DNA of 64,000 nt from Desulfomicrobium sp. (GTDB lineage: Bacteria; Desulfobacterota; Desulfovibrionia; Desulfovibrionales; Desulfomicrobiaceae): assembly GCA_040768745.1 (NCBI GenBank), contig JAXGMI010000001.1, positions 1,536,001 through 1,600,000 on the forward strand, in the 5' to 3' direction. Below are positions 9,881-20,667 of the stretch, in pieces. The position numbers were made by a program, and so were the translations under genes. Below the pieces are notes generated by a model. The model had not been told where the DNA came from and made no database searches. It was given only the letters and a program-made list of their open reading frames with translations. Position 1 is the first letter of the stretch. Each line of letters begins with the position of its first letter.

Positions 9881-10399
9881 ATGAATAATGATAATTTTTT
9901 CTTATTAAATCAAACGTCCAATATCGTGACGGCTTGCTCACAGTTCATGTTCAATTTAGGTGCTTTTGTTTTCTACCCTCTTATAATCTTGATAGTACTC
10001 ACTGACGTAGTACTTCGATATTTCTTAAACAGCCCTCTGCCATGGGGTGTTGAACTCTCTGGCTTACTGCTTATCGGTGCTTTCTTTGGACCAGCTCCTC
10101 AATGTGAAGAAGTCAAGGCTAATATATACCTTGATTTCCTCTATAATACTTTTTCAATACGTGGTAAGCACCTTGTTGATATTCTTGGCCAGTTCATCGG
10201 CTTGTTTTGGATCGGTATGCTCAGTGTTCGTACATTCATGGAAGTACCAGACATGATTTCTATGGGCGAGACAGGAATTCAATTTGAATATCCTCTCTGG
10301 CCGTTGCGATTTTTTCTTGGTTTAGTGACATCGATTTTAGCTCTGAGATTAGTTCTAAACATTTTCATTATAATGGGAAAAATCAAAAAAGGGGCATAA
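9881..10399 (+). CDS. dctQ: TRAP transporter small permease
   Basis: Four hydrophobic segments; DVVLRYFLNSPLPWGVELS motif; RBS AGGAG before ATG 9881. Confidence 0.88.
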   Translation: MNNDNFFLLNQTSNIVTACSQFMFNLGAFVFYPLIILIVLTDVVLRYFLNSPLPWGVELSGLLLIGAFFGPAPQCEEVKANIYLDFLYNTFSIRGKHLVDILGQFIGLFWIGMLSVRTFMEVPDMISMGETGIQFEYPLWPLRFFLGLVTSILALRLVLNIFIIMGKIKKGA

Positions 10400-10403
10400 T
10401 AAT

Positions 10404-11705
10404 ATGGACCTTGTTATCGTTGGTTATTCTGGTATGGCAATAATGCTGGTGCTTGTTTTCATCGGTGTTCCTCTTGCATATGCCATGGCAAGCGTTGCAA
10501 CAGTTGGCTTGATACTGACTATGGACCTGACTGCGGCATCAACTCAAAGCATGTTCATCGCCTGGGAACAAGGCCAAAGCTTTACACTGATGAGCATTCC
10601 ACTTTTCATCATGATGGGCACCTTGGCCAAAACGACGGGCCTCGTGTCGGATCTCTTTGACTCCGTAAGGAAATGGATGGGCTGGGTTCCAGGAGGATTG
10701 GCTGTGGCCGGTGTTACGGCTGCCGCCATTTTCGGTGCGGTTACTGGCTCCACCATGGCCTCTGTGGCCACCATGGGCTCCACGGTTATGCCCGAACTGG
10801 AAAAGTATAAATATGACGACAAGCTTTCCTCCGGTGCTATGTCTGCTGCGGGTGGATTGGCCGCACTTATCCCCCCCAGCGTGCTCGTCATTGTCTTCTG
10901 TGTTCTGACCGATCAGTCCATCGGAACGGGGTTTATCGCTTGTCTTGGACCCGGGCTACTGGTTACTGGTGTTTTTTGTACATACATAGTTATACGCTGC
11001 GCCATCAATCCTAAGCTCGGTCCTGTCGGTCCGACATACACTTTCATGGAAAGAATGAAGAGCTTAAAAGGGGTGCTGCCTGTAATCATCCTTTTTGTTA
11101 GCGTTATCGGAAGTATGTACGCCGGCATCGTTACTCCTACGGAAGCCGCAGCGGTGGGCGTGTTTGGCGTAATCGTGATCACGGCATGCATGCGACGTAT
11201 TACTTGGATCGCCCTCCGCGATGGCATGAAGGAAGCAGCGTTGCTCTCAACCTCCATTTTTCTGATTATCCTCGGTGGCTGGCTTATGTCCCGCTTTCTG
11301 GTAACCACGGGTACTACTCCCCATCTCGTGAACTTTTTTGTGGGGCTTGGCCTGTCGAAAACAACACTTTTGGCCAGCCTATTCGTCATGTTCCTCCTCC
11401 TGGGCTGCGCGCTTGAGCCCACTGCCATGCTCATTTTGACCATGCCACTGCTGTTCCCCATCACCGTCGCCTATGGGATTGATCCGGTCTGGTTCTGCGG
11501 TTTCGTGACAGTGATGATGGTTCTCGGAGGCATGACCCCTCCTGTGGGACTTAACGTATACGTGCTGCACAGTGTGGTTCCGCGTCTTCCCACATCGCTC
11601 ATCTTCCAGGGGGTGATGCCCTTTGTGGTACTGCACTGTTTTTCAGTGCTCATTATAATCCTATTTCCCGAAATTGTTACTTACCTTCCAAGCAAGATGA
11701 TGTAA
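10404..11705 (+). CDS. dctM: TRAP transporter large permease
   Basis: SIPLFIMMG, LIPPS, TPTEAAAVG and TPPVGLN motifs. Confidence 0.93.
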   Translation: MDLVIVGYSGMAIMLVLVFIGVPLAYAMASVATVGLILTMDLTAASTQSMFIAWEQGQSFTLMSIPLFIMMGTLAKTTGLVSDLFDSVRKWMGWVPGGLAVAGVTAAAIFGAVTGSTMASVATMGSTVMPELEKYKYDDKLSSGAMSAAGGLAALIPPSVLVIVFCVLTDQSIGTGFIACLGPGLLVTGVFCTYIVIRCAINPKLGPVGPTYTFMERMKSLKGVLPVIILFVSVIGSMYAGIVTPTEAAAVGVFGVIVITACMRRITWIALRDGMKEAALLSTSIFLIILGGWLMSRFLVTTGTTPHLVNFFVGLGLSKTTLLASLFVMFLLLGCALEPTAMLILTMPLLFPITVAYGIDPVWFCGFVTVMMVLGGMTPPVGLNVYVLHSVVPRLPTSLIFQGVMPFVVLHCFSVLIIILFPEIVTYLPSKMM

Positions 11706-11852
11706 AACTCTTAAGTTTTTAATTGTATTTAATAACAACCCCGAAAGTCGAGTTGTATTATAGTAAAAATCAAAGATTCCATGAACAACAAAACTTAATC
11801 TTGTTCATGGAAGCTTTGATCTAGTAGGTGAATATTACAATATCTTAACAAA

Positions 11853-12137
11853 TTACTGAACTTTTGCGATAGAGATCGCGCCTTTATCATTAATAAAGAT
11901 GCTAAAGAATTTTCCATGTGTGCCGAGGATAGCCTCCTCAGCGATGTAGGTGATGCCGTTGACTTCAACCTTGATATCATCGTCCTCGTTCATTTCGTCC
12001 AGGGACACGCCCAAGATGATGGAAGTATTTCAGCCACAACCGAGGGTGTAATTACGAATCCGTACACAAGGCATATCATCTTCAAGTAAAAGGCTTCTTA
12101 GCCTGTCTTCCGCATCTTTACTAATTTGTAAAAACAT
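11853..12137 (-). CDS. HesB/ErpA-related Fe-S insertion protein, putative selenoprotein (in-frame UGA at 12030-12032)
   Basis: Manual translation: MFLQISKDAEDRLRSLLLEDDMPCVRIRNYTLGCG*NTSIILGVSLDEMNEDDDIKVEVNGITYIAEEAILGTHGKFFSIFINDKGAISIAKVQ. RBS AAGGAG upstream. Confidence 0.78.
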
Positions 12138-12253
12138 AAACTAACTCCTTTTTTTGTGATTTATTTTTTAAACTATAGACACACTAATTTAAAGTCAATG
12201 TATTAGATAATTTTTTAAAAATTATTTTGTGATCAATATTTGAAGAAAAAAAA

Positions 12254-12725
12254 GTGTTTACAATAAATAAAATTCGAAAAATTTCTGAATTATATTATAA
12301 AAAAAAAATATGTATGTTCCGAAGCTGTTCTACAAGCTTTTCTTGATAGTTTTGAAACAACTTATGATAATACAATTGTGTCTTTATCATCTGGATTTGC
12401 AGGAGGAATTGGTCATTCTGGATGTGCATGTGGAGCAGTTCTAGGAGGAATTATGGCATTAGGGATTTTTTTTGGAAGAAAAAATCCAAAACAAAATTCT
12501 AATATTTTAGTTTTAGAATTAGCTAAAGAAATACACGACTCATTTCGTGCTCGACATGGATCTATATGCTGCTGTGTTTTGAATAAAAAAATCATTTCTG
12601 GAAGCGATGCACAGAAATCAGAGTGTCTTGTTCGGACGGGTGACGCCGTTGAAATAACACTTAGAATTTTGGAGCGCGAAATAATCAAAACAAAATCAAT
12701 TAATAAATTAATTTGTAAACTGTAG
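12254..12725 (+). CDS. C-GCAxxG-C-C family putative redox-active protein (apparent frameshift in A10 run at 12299-12308)
   Basis: YVCSEAV, GFAGGIG..GCACGAV.GG and HGSICC motifs. Confidence 0.8.
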
Positions 12726-13110
12726 AACGTCTTAACCCATTCTTTAGTTCGGAGACCTAGTTGATTAACATTTGGCTGAGCAGTGGTCGCCACCCATGGA
12801 AATATTTTAAAACGATCGTTGGACACTTTTGACTCCTGAGGTCATTGAGGTCTGAACCTCCGTATCAGTCAGTATCATCAAAAGCGGTGTTTCAGCGATA
12901 AACAGACTTAGGGCTTGCGTTCAATGAACGGACCAACTGCCTATCAGGGCTAAAGAGCGAATTGCGGACGGCGACGTCCAGGATATTTGCTCCGGATAAT
13001 TATGCCACTTCTGTTCGCCTGAAATCTTTCAAGTTTCAGGCCACTTCCAAAACGATAGAGGGTACTAGCTGCGGCTATTGAACTTTAATAATCCTCAAAA
13101 GGAGAACGAC

Positions 13111-13530
13111 ATGAAAATCTTGGCGGCTGTTGATGAGTCAGAATATTTGTCCTTGGTGTTGAAAAGAGCCTTTGAACTAGCGGCCAAAGACCGTGACGAG
13201 CTTTCAGTTATAACTGTGATCAACGTCTCTTTAGTTCATGCTTGCAAAGCAGAAGTGCCAAACATTCAGGAAATGCTGCGTGAAGGGGTGAATTACACCG
13301 TGAAGCAAATAGAGGCCCAGGCAGAGGCTGCTATGGTCAAAGTCAACATTGTTGTTGAGGAGAGTGTATCTCCTGCAGATGCAATCTGCAATTATGCAGA
13401 AAATAATAAAATTGATCTTATTGTAATCGGAAGTAAGGGAGCAAAAGAAATCCAACGTTTTTTTGTTGGTAGTGTGTCTCAAAAAGTTGTAGAATATGCT
13501 CCATGCTCTGTTCATGTTGTCAAAAAATAA
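13111..13530 (+). CDS. Universal stress protein (UspA family)
   Basis: MKILAAVDES, DLIVIGSKG and GSVSQKVV..APCSV motifs; RBS AGGAG. Confidence 0.92.
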   Translation: MKILAAVDESEYLSLVLKRAFELAAKDRDELSVITVINVSLVHACKAEVPNIQEMLREGVNYTVKQIEAQAEAAMVKVNIVVEESVSPADAICNYAENNKIDLIVIGSKGAKEIQRFFVGSVSQKVVEYAPCSVHVVKK

Positions 13531-13717
13531 TTAAAAACTCCGTCTACAATCTTTTTATATTTAGTAAGATTAAATTACAAAGATGGTAACGGAGTTTTAT
13601 ACGTATAAAATAATAAGTATTCAGTCATTTTTAAATTATTTATAAAAAATGGATTTTTTTGCAATTCTGATTATTCAAAACACAATGTTTTGTTTCAGAA
13701 TAAATTTATAGTTATTA

Positions 13718-15398
13718 CCTAAATCCGTGAAAAAGTTGCATTGAATATACAGTATTGAAACATTTTGCACTTGAAATAAATCAATGATACCGGCATATTG
13801 AGCTTGCTTTTCCTGAATGAGTTTTTGCACCTATTGGGTGCGGCAGGTGCCTGCAATGCTCATCACCGATATCAAGCGAAACGAAGGAAACAACATTGGT
13901 CATGTCGGCCTGGCCCTGATCGGCGAGATGGCCAGGGTTTGCGGACTGGATACACTGGTCGACCGCCTTGGGCCTGGAAAAGCTCCGCAAATCAAGGAGC
14001 GTGAAATTTTCCGCACATTGGTCGGCCTCATGTGCCAAGGCAAAACGGATTTCGACCATGTTCGTGAGTACTACGGCGACGATTTCTTCGCGACCAGCCT
14101 TGGCCTTGGACGCGTTCCTTCCGCCGAGATTTTGCGGCAACGGTTTCAGCGGATCGCCTTGGAAACTGACCTGGATGCCCAGTTGCCCCGCTGCTCGGTC
14201 GAACTGTGGAAGAAGACCGGAATGCAGCCAGAGCTCATTGAAATGACCAGGGACGACAACAAGAAAGAGCACTGGGTGCGCCTTGATATCGACGTCAGCA
14301 TTTTCGACAACGCCGACACCGAGAAGGAAGGTGCCAGCGCGACGTACGACAAGAGATTCGGCTTCGCTCCGATCTTTGCTCATCTTGGTGGCGGCTGGAT
14401 GGTCAACGGCAAGCTTCGTCCCGGATCGAGCCATTCCAGTTGCGAGGGCACGGATGAGTTCATCCTGGAGAGCCTCGGGTACGCCAAGTCCATGGTGGAT
14501 GTGAACGTTCTCGTGGTCGCCGACAGCGGATTTGACAGCAAGGAGCGTCTGGAGACGCTGTGCACGCAATCGCGCACCGGCTTCATCATCAAGCACAATC
14601 TGCGCAGGGAATCGGTGACCGGCTGGCTCGCCACGGCCAAGGAGCACGCGCCGAAAGTAGAGAATTTCACAACGTCCCGAGAAAAGGCCGGATCTACCGG
14701 GGCTTCGTGATGCGTGAGATCGGCAAGAAGAAAAGGGCGGTCCGCCAGATTTTCGAGGTCACGGAAGTGTTGAGCAAGGACGGTGTGTTCATGATGATTC
14801 CAGAGGTCCGCGTCTGCGTTTTGTGGACCAACCTGGAATTTGATGCCGACCAGGCTTTGAAGCTGTATCGCAAGCGGGGCACCAGCGAGCAGCATCACGG
14901 GGAATTCAAGACCGAGATGGACATGGAGCGCCTGCCGTCGGGCAAGTTTGCCGTGAATGCAACCTTTCTGCGCTTGGGCATGCTGGTCTACAACATGCTT
15001 CGGGTAGCCTCCGTGGACCTGGTTGTGGCTCGGATGCTGGGGCTGAAAAAAGCCAACCGCCGCAGGACCAAGACGGTCATGCGGAGCATGATGAGCATTT
15101 GCGCCCGGATCACCCGCCATGCACGCAACGTGATCCTGCATGTCTCCTGCCCGGAGCCATGGTTCAAGGTGGTCTCTGACCTGTTTTATCGTCTCAAGAC
15201 GGCATAACGAGATGGTCATTAGGCTGCATTCCTAGGAGTAGTGCGCCTCAAAACTGCAAAAAGTCGGATTTTTAAGGTTCTTGAAACAATAAATGGTCAT
15301 CAAATATGAATTGACTGATCAACGTTTGCCTATTTTTTAAAAAAATGACTCAAAATCTAAAGTGGACAGCTATGACAGCAGGTATCCACGGATTCAGG
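13718..15398 (+). mobile_element. IS1380 family insertion sequence
   Basis: Ends CCTAAATCCGTG (13718-13729) and CACGGATTCAGG (15387-15398), an 11/12 inverted match. Confidence 0.88.
13856..15207 (+). CDS. IS1380 transposase (apparent frameshift near 14686)
   Basis: LDIDVS, ADSGFD and YRKRGTSEQHHGEFK..LPSGKFAVN motifs, split over two ORFs. Confidence 0.88.
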
Positions 15399-15402
15399 TA
15401 GT

Positions 15403-16345
15403 ATGATTTACAGCGGGCTATCCTTATCATTAGAATTTTTTACAGAATCCAAGCCGCTTTTACAGGATTATATACCAGACGTTATGGGTCAAGCAGCTTT
15501 CGGTCTGGTCGGAGAAGGTTCGGAATGTTTTGGATTCGACGATGAGATTTCCCGGGATCATGACTGGGGGGCCGCTTTTTGCTTATGGCTTCCCAGGGAA
15601 AAGCTTCGCTCTTGCAAAGAAAGGATTGAATCAGCGCTGTCCAAACTACCTGGAACTTTCAAGGGTTATTCCGTTCGCATTCACCCAAATGAGCGTATGG
15701 GACGGGTTGGCCCCATAGCGATTGAAGATTTTTACGCGCGCTTCGTAGGCATGGAACGCCCCCCAGAAACTTGGCAGGAGTGGCGCAGCATTCCAGAGCA
15801 TGCATTGGCCGCCTGTACAAACGGTGAAGTTTTTCAAGACGGAACAGGGGCGTTCACCGCTTTCCGACATGCGCTACTCCGGTACTATCCGGAAGACATA
15901 CGAAGGAAAAAATCGCCTCCAGATGCATGATCATGGCCCAAGCTGGCCAATACAATTTGCCTCGCAGCCTTCAACGACAAGAGGCCGGCTCGGCCATGCT
16001 AGCTGCAGCCCGTTTTTCCGAGGCGGCGTTGTCTATGGCCTTCCTACTGAACTGTCGCTACATGCCATTTTATAAGTGGGCTTGCCCGCGGCTAACCGCC
16101 TGCCAATTTTGGGTAAAAAAACTGCACAAGCAGTAAACCTGCTAGCCACATGCTCTTTCGCCTCAAAATCAGATACGCCCCGCATGATAAATGCAGTTGA
16201 GAGCCTGTGCGCCGCTGTTAGTGCCCAGTTGCGGGAAGAAGGGTTGACGGATGTGAAAAACGACTGGTTGTGGGCTCTTGGCCCTTCCATTCAGATGGGC
16301 ATTCACGAGCAGCATTTGCGATGCATAGACGTGATGCAAGATTGA
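15403..16345 (+). CDS. DUF4037 domain protein (nucleotidyltransferase-like), apparent frameshifts near 15910 and 16080
   Basis: GLVGEGSECFGFDDEISRDHDWG, TNGEVF and Y.PFYKW motifs across three ORF pieces. Confidence 0.8.
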
Positions 16346-16429
16346 AACTTTAGCAAAATAACTGCTTAAATATTCCTTTCATACAGGAAAATTTTAAATT
16401 ATTATTTATAATATTCAAAGGGATATAAA

Positions 16430-17047
16430 ATGAATGATATTATATCAAATATTATTGATATTGAATTTTCCATGTTCAATAAAACAAAAAACAAAGGAGG
16501 TAGTGCTCCTTGCCAACATGATTATAAAACTTTTTATATTATGCGCTGTAGTCAATTTAAAACATGGAATGAAAAATTACTGAAAAGTTATTTTCAAGAT
16601 TTACAAGATGCTATTATTGAAAATCGAAATATAGTTACTGAAAAATATGCATTTATGATGGAATCTACCTGTCCAGATGAATATTTGGAAATTGCACATT
16701 TTTTGCCTGAAATTACAAAAGAAACTGATGAAAAGATTTCGGAAATCGTTAAAATAAACATAGAATGGGAGAGGGAAATCGACACGAACTTTCCTGTATT
16801 TCGATCTCATGGGCGGCCGCTCACCAGGGCGAAAGACACGCCCTACACAACTTCCGTTGAAACATATCTCAGGGGAGAATTGAAATCATACTCAGCTACT
16901 ACAATTTCATTGTATCATTCCTTTGTGCTTTCATGTAAGGAATCCGGGCGAAATCTCGCACGGGAAAATGCGGACTTTATTGCCCAAGCTTATGGCTACA
17001 GCTCCCTTGAAGCAGCCGAAAACACCCTCAGGAAAGCCGAAGCCTAG
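16430..17047 (+). CDS. DUF4125 family protein
   Basis: GGSAPCQ, FYIMRCSQF, EKYAFMM and TSVETYLRGELKSYS motifs. Confidence 0.85.
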   Translation: MNDIISNIIDIEFSMFNKTKNKGGSAPCQHDYKTFYIMRCSQFKTWNEKLLKSYFQDLQDAIIENRNIVTEKYAFMMESTCPDEYLEIAHFLPEITKETDEKISEIVKINIEWEREIDTNFPVFRSHGRPLTRAKDTPYTTSVETYLRGELKSYSATTISLYHSFVLSCKESGRNLARENADFIAQAYGYSSLEAAENTLRKAEA

Positions 17048-17515
17048 ACAGGCCGCCAGATATGGTGAAAGTTGTATAAATTTGTGAGAATACTCTTCTG
17101 ATATTGCAGTAGGAATATGTTTCGCCTGTGCGCTGCCGGTTACTGTTGACAGGGCGGCATTTCCATCCCATCATAATTGTTGTCAATCTGGCACTGATTT
17201 TCGTCTATCTGACCACAAAAACCACCAGACAGCGTGAACGTCATGGTCATGGGCGACCATCAGAGGCGGCTGCCCTGACCAGGGCCATCTGACAAATGCG
17301 GCGGTATGTGAACGATACCGCAGGACAAAGTGGGGCATGTTTTCAACTTGCCTGTCTGCAGCAGTCAATGTCATGAAAGCCGTGGGCTGCCGCTTCCCGC
17401 GTACCGAGAGGGAGGCCGGAGCCCGCGATGAAGAATGGTCCATTTCGCGAGGCGGCCTGGGCAGTCTGCCAGCCCTGCCCGCCGCGTACAACACCTCGGT
17501 GATCCCGGAAAAGGA

Positions 17516-19444
17516 ATGCAAAGACGATCGATAAGACGAATTGTCCTGGTCCTGGCCCTGATTCTGGGCCTGGCCAGCGTGACCTGGGCCGCGGCCCAGG
17601 ACGACTACCAGCGGGGCGTCTCGTCGTTCAAGTCCTTGCTGGCAAACGAGAAAAGGGCCGGCCTGCGGTCAGAATGGCAGGCCGTGCAGAAGTATTTCGA
17701 AAAGTCTCTGGCTGCCCAACCAAAAGGGGGGAACGCTGCGAAATGCCTCTATTTCATGGGCCGGGTGCATGAAGAGCTGGGCCGCAGGTCCTATCTGAAC
17801 GCGGATCGCAGGAATGCGTTGACCATGTTCGAGAGGATCCTGGCGGAATACCCCAAACATGACTGGGCCGATGACGCCCTTTTCCGCAAGGGCGTGGTCC
17901 TGCAGGAGCAGCTCAAGGATCAGGCCAAGGCCGAGGCGGCCTTCAGGGCGGTTGTTTCTTCCTATCCCAACGGGGACATGGCTGGGGAGGCCAAGGCCCG
18001 CCTGAAGACTCTGGGCGGAGGCGTCCCGGCCGTGACCGTTCAGCCTGCACCGGCTCCGCCCAGACAGCAGGCTGATTCCAAACAGGCACAAACCGGGCGA
18101 GCCAGCTCGAAGGTGGCCGCCAGTCGGACAAAGACCAGCAAGGGCGCCCTGCTGCAAGGCATCCGGAACTGGTCCAGCAGCGAGTACACGCGCGTGGTCC
18201 TGGATCTGAACCAAGATGTGGACTATGACCGCAAGCTGCTGGAAAGGGCGAACAATGGCGCCAAACAGCTGCAGATCAACCTGAGGGGCGTTGAAATCGT
18301 CCAGGATGTCCAGCCCTCCCGGACGGTCGGGGACGGAATTCTCTCCCAGATTCAGGTCGGGCCGGATCAAGCCGGTGGCGCCTTGGTCACCCTCGACCTC
18401 ACGCAGATGGACCGGTACCGCGCGTTCACCCTGCCGGATCCGTACAGGGTGGTCATTGACGTCTATGCCGCGGACTGCGTGGCAGCGCCCAAGGCCCAGG
18501 AACCGCAGACGCATCAGTCCGGGGATGTGGATCATGTCCAGGCTGCCCTGAGTGAATTGCGGGACAAACGGGAGGACACCCGAAAAGAGGACTCCCAGGC
18601 CAAAGCAGAGCCCAAGCCTGTGCCCTCCCCGGCAAAAGGCCCCACCGCCACGGCGCAGGTCCCAGATCAGCCGCCCACGCCCCCGCAGAAGGTGGCTGTC
18701 AGCAACAAGCAGAAAAAATACGCCTGCTCCCTGGTCGAGCAACTGGGGCTCAAGGTCCGCACCATCATGATCGATCCTGGCCATGGCGGGAGAGACCCCG
18801 GGGCCACAGCCAACGGGATCGAGGAAAAGGACATCAACCTGCGCGCCGCCAAGATCATGGGCAAAATGCTCCAGGATCAGGGCTTCGAGGTGCACTACAC
18901 CCGCACCAAAGACAAGTTCATTCCGCTGGAGGAGCGCACCGCCATGGCCAATGCCAAAAACGCGGACCTCTTCATTTCCCTGCATTGCAACTCCTACAAG
19001 GACGCAAGTATCCGAGGGCTCGAAGTCTACTACCTGAACCTGGCCACCGATGCCCAGGCTGTGCGCGTGGCGGCCCGCGAAAACGGGGTTTCGGCAAAGA
19101 AGATCAGTGACATGCAGTTCATCCTTTCTGATTTGATGCTCAATTCCAAGATCAACGAATCCCGGCAGATGGCGGCCCTGGTCCAGCAGGAGGCCGAGCA
19201 AGCCCTGCGGCCCAGGTATGCATTCAAGAGTCTGGGTTCCAAAGGGGCCTTTTTCTATGTTTTGACCGGGGCGCGCATGCCCTCCATCCTCGTGGAGCTC
19301 GGATATCTGACCAATCCTGCCGAGGCGGGGAACCTGAACTCCGATGCCTATCTCTCCACCCTGGCCCGTGGCCTGGTCGGCGGCGTGATGGCCTACAAGA
19401 AGAAGCTGGAGCGATTTGCCCTGAACGATTCAGGAAGATCCTGA
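17516..19444 (+). CDS. N-acetylmuramoyl-L-alanine amidase (signal peptide, TPR, AMIN and Amidase_3 domains)
   Basis: IDPGHGGRDPGA, EKDINL, FISLHCN and PSILVELGY motifs. Confidence 0.93.
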   Translation: MQRRSIRRIVLVLALILGLASVTWAAAQDDYQRGVSSFKSLLANEKRAGLRSEWQAVQKYFEKSLAAQPKGGNAAKCLYFMGRVHEELGRRSYLNADRRNALTMFERILAEYPKHDWADDALFRKGVVLQEQLKDQAKAEAAFRAVVSSYPNGDMAGEAKARLKTLGGGVPAVTVQPAPAPPRQQADSKQAQTGRASSKVAASRTKTSKGALLQGIRNWSSSEYTRVVLDLNQDVDYDRKLLERANNGAKQLQINLRGVEIVQDVQPSRTVGDGILSQIQVGPDQAGGALVTLDLTQMDRYRAFTLPDPYRVVIDVYAADCVAAPKAQEPQTHQSGDVDHVQAALSELRDKREDTRKEDSQAKAEPKPVPSPAKGPTATAQVPDQPPTPPQKVAVSNKQKKYACSLVEQLGLKVRTIMIDPGHGGRDPGATANGIEEKDINLRAAKIMGKMLQDQGFEVHYTRTKDKFIPLEERTAMANAKNADLFISLHCNSYKDASIRGLEVYYLNLATDAQAVRVAARENGVSAKKISDMQFILSDLMLNSKINESRQMAALVQQEAEQALRPRYAFKSLGSKGAFFYVLTGARMPSILVELGYLTNPAEAGNLNSDAYLSTLARGLVGGVMAYKKKLERFALNDSGRS

Positions 19445-19465
19445 ACCAGCGTTCTGCCATGCTGC

Positions 19466-19502
19466 CCCTGCCCCATCCTTGGGGCAGGGTTTTCCTTTTT
19501 TT
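19466..19502 (+). terminator. Rho-independent terminator
   Basis: CCCTGCCCCA-TCCT-TGGGGCAGGG followed by a T-rich tail. Confidence 0.75.
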
Positions 19503-19531
19503 CACCCTTCAATGCGTTGGAGTCTGGCGTC

Positions 19532-20217
19532 ATGGTTTTCCCTCTCGGTTCCGTCATCAATGCCCTGGCCATCCTGGTGGGAGGGGCGCTCGGCCTGCTG
19601 CTGCATGGAAGACTTCCGGAGAAAATGCGTCTGGTGGTGTTTCAGGGGCTGGGCCTGTGTGTTCTGGTCATCGGCATGCAGATGGCCCTGCAGGGGAAAA
19701 ACACGCTCCTGGTGGTCCTCAGCGTTCTGATCGGCGGGATCGTGGGTGAGCTTTGCGATCTGGAGGACCGGTTTGCCGGCCTGGCGGGACGGTTGAAGGG
19801 GCTGATCAAGTCCAGCAACACCCGCTTCGTGGAGGGGATGGTCAATGCGTCCCTGATCTATTGCATCGGGGCCATGGCCATCCTTGGCTCCTTTGACGAG
19901 GGCATCCGGGGCGACCACTCCATCCTGTTCACCAAGGCTTTGCTGGACGGGTTTGCGTCCATCGCCCTGGCTTCGACCTACGGGTCCGGGGTGCTTTTTC
20001 GGCCCTGCCCGTGCTGCTCTATCAGGGGCTTTTGACGGTATTCGCGGGGTCCTTCCAGTCATACTTCTCAGACTACCTCATCGCCCAGCTGACTGCCACG
20101 GGCGGCACGCTCATCCTGGGCATCGGCATCAACCTGCTGGGGCTGACGGTCATCCGTCTTTCCAGCCTTCTTCCCAGTCTGGTGGTCATCGTCATTCTCT
20201 CGGCCCTGCCCGTCTGA
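19532..20217 (+). CDS. DUF554 family membrane protein (apparent frameshift near 19995-20000)
   Basis: GSVINALAILVGG, ASLIYCIGAMAILGS, KALLDG and YQG motifs. Confidence 0.85.
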
Positions 20218-20226
20218 CTGACGCTT

Positions 20227-20667
20227 TTAGGATGTGGGTACAGGGCGCTCTGCAAGTGTTTCGGGCAGTCCGGCCACGAAGTCCCGGATTTCGTCCCTGA
20301 CCCGGCGGTAGACGGTCAGGATCTCGGCCTCGTCCGTCATGCCGGCGCACAGGCCCGGTGGGTCGTCGAAGCCGCGGTGCACCCGGCGAGTCTGGCCCGG
20401 AAAGAAGGGGCAGGTCTCGCTGGCGTGCCCGCACAGCGTGACCACCACGTCGAACTCCAGGCCCGGCAGGTCGTCCAGGGTCTTGGACGAGTGGCCGGAC
20501 ATGTCCACTCCCGCCTCCTCCATCACACGCACGGCGTAGGGGTTCATGCCGTGGCGCGCGATGCCGGCCGAACTGGCCTCGATCTCGCCCCGTTTCAAAT
20601 GTCTGGCCCAGCCCTCGGCCATCTGGCTGCGGCAGGAGTTGCCCGTGCACAGGAACAGGATCTTCAT
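20227..20667 (-). CDS. arsC: Thioredoxin-dependent arsenate reductase (LMW-PTP fold)
   Basis: [24 protein letters not shown] and DDP motifs; ATG overlaps the acr3 stop. Confidence 0.93.
   Translation of the reverse strand: MKILFLCTGNSCRSQMAEGWARHLKRGEIEASSAGIARHGMNPYAVRVMEEAGVDMSGHSSKTLDDLPGLEFDVVVTLCGHASETCPFFPGQTRRVHRGFDDPPGLCAGMTDEAEILTVYRRVRDEIRDFVAGLPETLAERPVPTS

Noticed and set aside
12760..13060. Higher-GC intergenic patch, possibly an IS or gene remnant
   Set aside because: No TIR, ORF or motif that I could support.
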